A DNA stretch of 64,000 nt from Auanema rhodensis (Eukaryota; Animalia; Nematoda). Where the stretch lies: NCBI GenBank assembly GCA_964057225.1, contig OZ059897.1:2542001-2606000 (forward strand). The letters run 5' to 3'. Both the position numbers and the translations under genes were made by a program. The notes beneath the pieces were generated by a model. The model was not told the DNA's origin. It made no database searches and worked only from the letters and a program-made list of their open reading frames with translations. This document shows positions 54,201 to 64,000 of the stretch, in pieces (position 1 is the first letter of the stretch; every line of letters starts with the position of its first letter).

Positions 54201-55743
54201 TATTTAGAAATTTTTCGGGAAAATTTTTGTCAAAATGTTTTTGGAAGCAATGTTGAGTGTACATGGGAACTCAGCATACACTAATACATTATTTTTCAAA
54301 AAATCATAACTAATTTTTGTATAGAGCGTTTCTCAATGTAGTATAGTGCTGTCGATGCGGATTTTTAAGTTGCGTTGATCTGTGTTATCAGATTTGAGTT
54401 AGCTTAAAAATGCACCGAGTAATCAACTGATATAGGTTCACACTTATATCCTCGATTTTCACCCTGAAGAAATGATTTTTTCGTTGAAAAACATTGTCCA
54501 TCGTCTTCCTCTTGAAAAAAGGAATCTAAAAACATCTACTTTTTGTGAAATTATTCAGAAATTTTTCGGGAAAATTTTTGTCAAAATGTTTTTGGAAGCA
54601 ATGTTGAGTGTACATGGGAACTCAACATACACTAATGCATTATTTTTCAAACGATCATAACTAATTTTTGTATGAAGCGTTTCTCAATGTAGTATAGTGC
54701 TGTCGATGCGGATTTTTAAGCTGCGTTGATCTGTGTTATCAGATTTGAGTTAGCTTAAAAATGCACCGAGATATCAACTGATATATGTTCACGCTTATAT
54801 CCTCGATTTTCACACTGAAGAAATGATTTTTTCGTTGAATAACATTGTCCATCGTCTTCGTCTTGAAAAAAGGAATCTAAAAACATCTACTTTTTGTGAA
54901 ATTATTTAGAAATTTTTCGGGAAAATTTTTGTCAAAATGTTTTTGGAAGCAATGTTGAGTGTACATGGGAACTCAGCATACACTAATACATTATTTTTCA
55001 AACGATCATAACTAATTTTTGTATAGAGCGTTTCTCAATGTAGTATAGTGCTGTCGATGCGGATTTTTAAGTTGCGTTGATCTGTGTTATCAGATTTGAG
55101 TTAGCTTAAAAATGCACCGAGATATCAACTGATATATGTTCACGCTTATATCCTCGATTTTCACACTGAAGAAATGATTTTTTCGTTGAAAAACATTGTC
55201 CATCGTATTCGTCTTGAAAAAAGAAATCTAAAAACATCTACTTTTTGTGAAATTATTTAGAAATTTTTCGGGAAAATTTTTGTCAAAATGTTTTTGGAAG
55301 CAATGTTGAGTGTACATGGGAACTCAGCATACACTAATACATTATTTTTCAAACGATCATAACTAATTTTTGTATAGAGCGTTTCTCAATGTAGTATAGT
55401 GCTGTCGATGCGGATTTTTAAGTTGCGTTGATCTGTGTTATCAGATTTGAGTTAGCTTAAAAATGCACCGAGATATCAACTGATATATGTTCACGCTTAT
55501 ATCCTCGATTTTCACACTGAAGAAATGATTTTTTCGTTGAAAAACATTGTCCATCGTATTCGTCTTGAAAAAAGAAATCTAAAAACATCTACTTTTTGTG
55601 AAATTATTTAGAAATTTTTCGGGAAAATTTTTGTCAAAATGTTTTTGGAAGCAATGTTGAGTGTACATGGGAACTCAACATACACTAATGCATTATTTTT
55701 CAAACGATCATAACTAATTTTTGTATAGAGCGTTTCTCATTGT
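39247..55743 (+). repeat. Large higher-order repeat: 17-mer (39247-45213), 20-mer (45214-52233), partial third copy (52234-55743)
   Basis: RLCLEK-type ORF monomers at 39379, 45346 and 52366. ORF pairs 43240/50260 and 44995/52015 are 7020 apart. AGCTACG occurs at ~44895 and ~51915. TTTAGATT/AACTGA, AGTAGA, ATAAAG and GCTGTC/CACGC/CACAC monomers come in a conserved order. Confidence 0.85.
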
Positions 55744-58700
55744 AGTATAGTGCATTCGATGCGGATTTTCAAGCTGCGTTGATCTGTGTTATCAGATTTG
55801 AGTTAACTTAAAAATGCACCGAGATATCAACTGATATAGGTTCACACTTGTATCCTCGATTTTCACCCTGAAGAAATGATTTTTTCGTTGAAAAACATTG
55901 TCCATCGTATTCGTCTTGAAAAAAGGAATCTAAAAACATCTACTTTTTGTGAAATTATTTAGAAATTTTTCGGGAAAATTTTTGTCAAAATGTTTTTGGA
56001 AGCAATGTTGAGTGTACATGGGAACTCAACATACACTAATGCATTATTTTTCAAACGATCATAACTAATTTTTGTATGGAGCGTTTCTCAATATAGTATA
56101 GTGCATTCGATGCGGATTTTTAAGCTGCGTTGATCTGTGTTATCAGATTTGCGCTAGCTTAAAAATGCACCGAGTAATCAACTGATATAGGTTCACACTT
56201 ATATCCTCGATTTTCACCCTGAAGAATTAATTTTTTCGTTGAATAACATTGTCCATCGTCTTTGCCTTGAAAAAAGAAATCTAAAAACTCCTACTTTTTG
56301 TGAAATTATTTAGAAATTTTTCGGGAAAATTTTTGTCACAATGTTTTTGGAAGCAATGTTGAGTGTACATGGGAACTCAACACACACTAATGCATTATTT
56401 TTCAAACGATCATAACTAATTTTTGTATAGAGCGTTTCTCAATGTAGTATAGTGCATTCGATGCGGATTTTCAAGCTGCGTTGATCTGTGTTATCAGATT
56501 TGAGTTAGCTTAAAAATGCACCGAGATATCAACTGATATATGTTCACACTTATATCCTCGATTTTCACCCTGAAGAAATGATTTTTTCGTTGAATAACAT
56601 TGTCCATCGTCTTCGTCTTGAAAAAAGTAATCTAAAAACATCTACTTTTTGTGAAATTATTTAGAAATTTTTCGGGAAAATTTTTGTCAAAATGTTTTTG
56701 GAAGCAATGTTGAGTGTACATGGGAACTCAACATACACTAATGCATTATTTTTCAAACGATCATAACTAATTTTTGTATAGAGCGTTTCTCAATGTAGTA
56801 TAGTGCATTCGATGCGGATTTTTAAGCTGCGTTGATCTGTGTTATCAGATTTGAGTTAACTTAAAAATGCACCGAGATATCAACTGATATATGTTCACAC
56901 TTATATCCTCGATTTTCACCCTGAAGAAATGATTTTTTCGTTGAAAAACATTGTCCATCGTATTCGTCTTGAAAAAAGAAATCTAAAAACATCTACTTTT
57001 TGTGAAATTATTTAGAAATTTTTCGGGAAAATTTTTGTCAAAATGTTTTTGGAAGCAATGTTGAGTGTACATGGGAACTCAACATACACTAATGCATTAT
57101 TTTTCAAACGATCATAACTAATTTTTGTATAGAGCGTTTCTCATTGTAGTATAGTGCATTCGATGCGGATTTTCAAGCTGCGTTGATCTGTGTTATCAGA
57201 TTTGAGTTAACTTAAAAATGCACCGAGATATCAACTGATATAGGTTCACACTTGTATCCTCGATTTTCACCCTGAAGAAATGATTTTTTCGTTGAAAAAC
57301 ATCGTCCATCGTATTCGTCTTGAAAAAAGGAATCTAAAAACATCTACTTTTTGTGAAATTATTTAGAAATTTTTCGGGAAAATTTTTGTCAAAATGTTTT
57401 TGGAAGCAATGTTGAGTGTACATGGGAACTCAACATACACTAATGCATTATTTTTCAAACGATCATAACTAATTTTTGTATAGAGCGTTTCTCAATGTAG
57501 TATAGTGCATTCGATGCGGATTTTTAAGCTGCGTTGATCTGTGTTATCAGATTTGAGTTAACTTAAAAATGCACCGAGATATCAACTGATATATGTTCAC
57601 ACTTATATCCTCGATTTTCACCCTGAAGAAATGATTTTTTCGTTGAAAAACATTGTCCATCGTATTCGTCTTGAAAAAAGAAATCTAAAAACATCTACTT
57701 TTTGTGAAATTATTTAGAAATTTTTCGGGAAAATTTTTGTCAAAATGTTTTTGGAAGCAATGTTGAGTGTACATGGGAACTCAACATACACTAATGCATT
57801 ATTTTTCAAACGATCATAACTAATTTTTGTATAGAGCGTTTCTCATTGTAGTATAGTGCATTCGATGCGGATTTTCAAGCTGCGTTGATCTGTGTTATCA
57901 GATTTGAGTTAACTTAAAAATGCACCGAGATATCAACTGATATAGGTTCACACTTGTATCCTCGATTTTCACCCTGAAGAAATGATTTTTTCGTTGAAAA
58001 ACATTGTCCATCGTATTCGTCTTGAAAAAAGGAATCTAAAAACATCTACTTTTTGTGAAATTATTTAGAAATTTTTCGGGAAAATTTTTGTCAAAATGTT
58101 TTTGGAAGCAATGTTGAGTGTACATGGGAACTCAACATACACTAATGCATTATTTTTCAAACGATCATAACTAATTTTTGTATGGAGCGTTTCTCAATAT
58201 AGTATAGTGCATTCGATGCGGATTTTTAAGCTGCGTTGATCTGTGTTATCAGATTTGCGCTAGCTTAAAAATGCACCGAGTAATCAACTGATATAGGTTC
58301 ACACTTATATCCTCGATTTTCACCCTGAAGAATTAATTTTTTCGTTGAATAACATTGTCCATCGTCTTTGCCTTGAAAAAAGAAATCTAAAAACTCCTAC
58401 TTTTTGTGAAATTATTTAGAAATTTTTCGGGAAAATTTTTGTCACAATGTTTTTGGAAGCAATGTTGAGTGTACATGGGAACTCAACATACACTAAAGCA
58501 TTATTTTTCAAACGATCATAACTAATTTTTGTATAGAGCGTTTCTCAATGTAGTATAGTGCATTCGATGCGGATTTTCAAGCTGCGTTGATCTGTGTTAT
58601 CAGATTTGAGTTAGCTTAAAAATGCACCGAGATATCAACTGATATATGTTCACACTTATATCCTCGATTTTCACCCTGAAGAAATGATTTTTTCGTTGAA

Positions 58701-59955
58701 TAACATTGTCCATCGTCTTCGTCTTGAAAAAAGTAATCTAAAAACATCTACTTTTTGTGAAATTATTTAGAAATTTTTCGGGAAAATTTTTGTCAAAATG
58801 TTTTTGGAAGCAATGTTGAGTGTACATGGGAACTCAACATACACTAATGCATTATTTTTCAAACGATCATAACTAATTTTTGTATAGAGCGTTTCTCAAT
58901 GTAGTATAGTGCATTCGATGCGGATTTTTAAGCTGCGTTGATCTGTGTTATCAGATTTGAGTTAACTTAAAAATGCACCGAGATATCAACTGATATATGT
59001 TCACACTTATATCCTCGATTTTCACCCTGAAGAAATGATTTTTTCGTTGAAAAACATTGTCCATCGTATTCGTCTTGAAAAAAGAAATCTAAAAACATCT
59101 ACTTTTTGTGAAATTATTTAGAAATTTTTCGGGAAAATTTTTGTCAAAATGTTTTTGGAAGCAATGTTGAGTGTACATGGGAACTCAACATACACTAATG
59201 CATTATTTTTCAAACGATCATAACTAATTTTTGTATAGAGCGTTTCTCATTGTAGTATAGTGCATTCGATGCGGATTTTCAAGCTGCGTTGATCTGTGTT
59301 ATCAGATTTGAGTTAACTTAAAAATGCACCGAGATATCAACTGATATAGGTTCACACTTGTATCCTCGATTTTCACCCTGAAGAAATGATTTTTTCGTTG
59401 AAAAACATCGTCCATCGTATTCGTCTTGAAAAAAGGAATCTAAAAACATCTACTTTTTGTGAAATTATTTAGAAATTTTTCGGGAAAATTTTTGTCAAAA
59501 TGTTTTTGGAAGCAATGTTGAGTGTACATGGGAACTCAACATACACTAATGCATTATTTTTCAAACGATCATAACTAATTTTTGTATAGAGCGTTTCTCA
59601 ATGTAGTATAGTGCATTCGATGCGGATTTTTAAGCTGCGTTGATCTGTGTTATCAGATTTGAGTTAACTTAAAAATGCACCGAGATATCAACTGATATAT
59701 GTTCACACTTATATCCTCGATTTTCACCCTGAAGAAATGATTTTTTCGTTGAAAAACATTGTCCATCGTATTCGTCTTGAAAAAAGAAATCTAAAAACAT
59801 CTACTTTTTGTGAAATTATTTAGAAATTTTTCGGGAAAATTTTTGTCAAAATGTTTTTGGAAGCAATGTTGAGTGTACATGGGAACTCAACATACACTAA
59901 TGCATTATTTTTCAAACGATCATAACTAATTTTTGTATAGAGCGTTTCTCATTGT
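55744..59955 (+). repeat. Higher-order repeat: 6-monomer unit (2106 bp) x2
   Basis: AAAGTAATC (T at 56628 and 58734), ACATCGTCC (~57303/~59409), and CAATATAGT followed by the GCGCTAGC monomer (56095/58201) all recur at +2106. Confidence 0.92.
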
Positions 59956-62900
59956 AGTATAGTGCATTCGATGCGGATTTTCAAGCTGCGTTGATCTGTG
60001 TTATCAGATTTGAGTTAACTTAAAAATGCACCGAGATATCAACTGATATAGGTTCACACTTGTATCCTCGATTTTCACCCTGAAGAAATGATTTTTTCGT
60101 TGAAAAACATTGTTCATCGTATTCGTCTTGAAAAAAGGAATCTAAAAACATCTACTTTTTGTGAAATTATTTAGAAATTTTTCGGGAAAATTTTTGTCAA
60201 AATGTTTTTGGAAGCAATGTTGAGTGTACATGGGAACTCAACATACACTAATGCATTATTTTTCAAACGATCATAACTAATTTTTGTATAGAGCGTTTCT
60301 CAATGTAGTATAGTGCATTCGATGCGGATTTTTAAGCTGCGTTGATCTGTGTTATCAGATTTGAGTTAACTTAAAAATGCACCGAGATATCAACTGATAT
60401 ATGTTCACACTTATATCCTCGATTTTCACCCTGAAGAAATGATTTTTTCGTTGAAAAACATTGTCCATCGTATTCGTCTTGAAAAAAGAAATCTAAAAAC
60501 ATCTACTTTTTGTGAAATTATTTAGAAAATTTTCGGGAAAATTTTTGTCAAAATGTTTTTGGAAGCAATGTTGAGTGTACATGGGAACTCAACATACACT
60601 AATGCATTATTTTTCAAACGATCATAACTAATTTTTGTATAGAGCGTTTCTCATTGTAGTATAGTGCATTCGATGCGGATTTTCAAGCTGCGTTGATCTG
60701 TGTTATCAGATTTGAGTTAACTTAAAAATGCACCGAGATATCAACTGATATAGGTTCACACTTGTATCCTCGATTTTCACCCTGAAGAAATGATTTTTTC
60801 GTTGAAAAACATTGTCCATCGTATTCGTCTTGAAAAAAGGAATCTAAAAACATCTACTTTTTGTGAAATTATTTAGAAATTTTTCGGGAAAATTTTTGTC
60901 AAAATGTTTTTGGAAGCAATGTTGAGTGTACATGGGAACTCAACATACACTAATGCATTATTTTTCAAACGATCATAACTAATTTTTGTATAGAGCGTTT
61001 CTCATTGTAGTATAGTGCATTCGATGCGGATTTTCAAGCTGCGTTGATCTGTGTTATCAGATTTGAGTTAACTTAAAAATGCACCGAGATATCAACTGAT
61101 ATAGGTTCACACTTGTATCCTCGATTTTCACCCTGAAGAAATGATTTTTTCGTTGAAAAACATTGTCCATCGTATTCGTCTTGAAAAAAGGAATCTAAAA
61201 ACATCTACTTTTTGTGAAATTATTTAGAAATTTTTCGGGAAAATTTTTGTCAAAATGTTTTTGGAAGCAATGTTGAGTGTACATGGGAACTCAACATACA
61301 CTAATGCATTATTTTTCAAACGATCATAACTAATTTTTGTATAGAGCGTTTCTCAATGTAGTATAGTGCATTCGATGCGGATTTTTAAGCTGCGTTGATC
61401 TGTGTTATCAGATTTGAGTTAACTTAAAAATGCACCGAGATATCAACTGATATATGTTCACACTTATATCCTCGATTTTCACCCTGAAGAAATGATTTTT
61501 TCGTTGAAAAACATTGTCCATCGTATTCGTCTTGAAAAAAGAAATCTAAAAACATCTACTTTTTGTGAAATTATTTAGAAATTTTTCGGGAAAATTTTTG
61601 TCAAAATGTTTTTGGAAGCAATGTTGAGTGTACATGGGAACTCAACATACACTAATGCATTATTTTTCAAACGATCATAACTAATTTTTGTATAGAGCGT
61701 TTCTCATTGTAGTATAGTGCATTCGATGCGGATTTTCAAGCTGCGTTGATCTGTGTTATCAGATTTGAGTTAACTTAAAAATGCACCGAGATATCAACTG
61801 ATATAGGTTCACACTTGTATCCTCGATTTTCACCCTGAAGAAATGATTTTTTCGTTGAAAAACATTGTCCATCGTATTCGTCTTGAAAAAAGGAATCTAA
61901 AAACATCTACTTTTTGTGAAATTATTTAGAAATTTTTCGGGAAAATTTTTGTCAAAATGTTTTTGGAAGCAATGTTGAGTGTACATGGGAACTCAACATA
62001 CACTAATGCATTATTTTTCAAACGATCATAACTAATTTTTGTATAGAGCGTTTCTCAATGTAGTATAGTGCATTCGATGCGGATTTTTAAGCTGCGTTGA
62101 TCTGTGTTATCAGATTTGAGTTAACTTAAAAATGCACCGAGATATCAACTGATATAGGTTCACACTTGTATCCTCGATTTTCACCCTGAAGAAATGATTT
62201 TTTCGTTGAAAAACATTGTCCATCGTATTCGTCTTGAAAAAAGGAATCTAAAAACATCTACTTTTTGTGAAATTATTTAGAAATTTTTCGGGAAAATTTT
62301 TGTCAAAATGTTTTTGGAAGCAATGTTGAGTGTACATGGGAACTCAACATACACTAATGCATTATTTTTCAAACGATCATAACTAATTTTTGTATAGAGC
62401 GTTTCTCAATGTAGTATAGTGCATTCGATGCGGATTTTTAAGCTGCGTTGATCTGTGTTATCAGATTTGAGTTAACTTAAAAATGCACCGAGATATCAAC
62501 TGATATATGTTCACACTTATATCCTTGATTTTCACCCTGAAGAAATGATTTTTTCGTTGAAAAACATTGTCCATCGTATTCGTCTTGAAAAAAGAAATCT
62601 GAAAACATCTACTTTTTGTGAAATTATTTAGAAATTTTTCGGGAAAATTTTTGTCAAAATGTTTTTGGAAGCAATGTTGAGTGTACATGGGAACTCAACA
62701 TACACTAATGCATTATTTTTCAAACGATCATAACTAATTTTTGTATAGAGCGTTTCTCATTGTAGTATAGTGCATTCGATGCGGAATTTCAAGCTGCGTT
62801 GATCTGTGTTATCAGATTTGAGTTAACTTAAAAATGCACCGAGATATCAACTGATATAAGTTCACACTTGTATCCTCGATTTCCACCCTGAAGAAATGAT

Positions 62901-64000
62901 TTTTTCGATGAAAAACATTGTCCATCGTATTTGTCTTGAAAAAAGGAATCTAAAAACATCTACTTTTTGTGAAATTATTTAGAAATTTTTCGGGAAAATT
63001 TTTGTCAAAATGTTTTTGGAAGCAATGTTGAGTGTACATGGGAACTCAACATACACTAATGCATTATTTTTCAAACGATCATAACTAATTTTTGTATGGA
63101 GCGTTTTTCAATGTAGTATAGTGCATTCGATGCGGATTTTTAAGCTGCGTTGATCTGTGTTATCAGATTTGAGTTAGCTTAAAAATGCACCGAGATATCA
63201 ACTGATATATGTTCACACTTATAGCCTCGATTTTCACCCTGAAGAAATGATTTTTTCGTTGAATAACATTGTCCATCGTCTTCGTCTTGAAAAAAGGAAT
63301 CTAAAAACATCTACTTTTTGTGAAATTATTTAGAAATTTTTCGGGAAAATTTTTGTCACAATGTTTTTGGAAGCAATGTTGAGTGTACATGGGAACTCAA
63401 CATACACTAATGCATTATTTTTCAAACGATCATAACTAATTTTTGTATAGAGCGTTTCTTAATGTAGTATAGTGCATTCGATGCGGATTTTTAAGCTGCG
63501 TTGATCTGTGTTATCAGATTTGAGTTAGCTTAAAAATGCACCGAGATATCAACTGATATAGGTTCACACTTATATCCTCGATTTTCACCCTGAAGAAATG
63601 ATTTTTTCGTTGAATAACATTGTCCATCGTCTTCGTCTTGAAAAAAGGAATCTAAAAACATCTACTTTTTGTGAAATTATTTAGAAATTTTTCGGGAAAA
63701 TTTTTGTCAAAATGTTTTTGGAAGCAATGTTGAGTGTACATGGGAACTCAACATACACTAATGCATTATTTTTCAAACGATCATAACTAATTTTTGTATA
63801 GAGCGTTTCTCAATGTAGTATAGTGCATTCGATGCGGATTTTTAAGCTGCGTTGATCTGTGTTATCAGATTTGAGTTAACTTAAAAATGCACCGAGATAT
63901 CAACTGATATATGTTCACACTTATATCCTCGATTTTCACCCTGAAGAAATGATTTTTTCGTTGAAAAACATTGTCCATCGTATTCGTCTTGAAAAAAGAA

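Larger units (their letters stand above)
1..64000 (+). repeat. Tandem satellite DNA array, 351-bp monomer, ~182.5 copies, single orientation
   Basis: AGTATAGTGC recurs at 1, 352, 703 ... 7021, 14041, 21061, 28081, 35101 (exact multiples of 351), then at 37141, 44161, 51181, 58201 ... 63817. ORF-track starts differ by multiples of 351 except for a -66 shift across 36-37 kb. Monomers differ only by scattered substitutions. Confidence 0.99.

Noticed and set aside
5047-54660. 28 near-identical 62-67-aa + strand ORFs as a tandem gene family
   Set aside because: They are one satellite segment, interrupted by TAG in about 85% of monomers, with no recognisable domain or coding signature. Not annotated as CDS.
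1-64000. CRISPR array
   Set aside because: There are no unique spacers (the entire 351 bp repeats), and no cas genes or leader.
1-64000. Array as an assembly or concatemer artefact
   Set aside because: Variants are hierarchically shared, position-restricted and include private changes between HOR copies, which fits real array evolution. Exact copy number still needs read support.

Overview
The whole 64-kb window is a single head-to-tail tandem array (satellite DNA) of a 351-bp, AT-rich monomer (about 31% GC by hand count of the consensus). It holds about 182.5 copies, all in one orientation, and both window ends lie inside the array. I find no credible protein-coding gene, tRNA, rRNA, transposase or CRISPR array; the ORF track is the same monomer segment reported whenever a TAG>CAG variant opens it. 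The architecture points to a eukaryotic (peri)centromeric or heterochromatic satellite; the taxon cannot be determined here. Monomers start at 1+351k up to 36154, then at 36506, 36789 and 37141+351j. The only length changes I could detect (+1, -68, +1) cluster at 36154-37140, which is also the boundary between two variant domains. Shared point variants reveal nested higher-order repeats: 3-mer x3, 4-mer x2, a 7/6/9-mer, a 17/20-mer, 6-mer x2 and an ~11-monomer block duplicated 7371 bp away. The monomer carries several inverted repeats and a partial hammerhead-ribozyme-like core (CTGAAGA-stem-GAAA). That core is the most intriguing lead but is incomplete and unproven.
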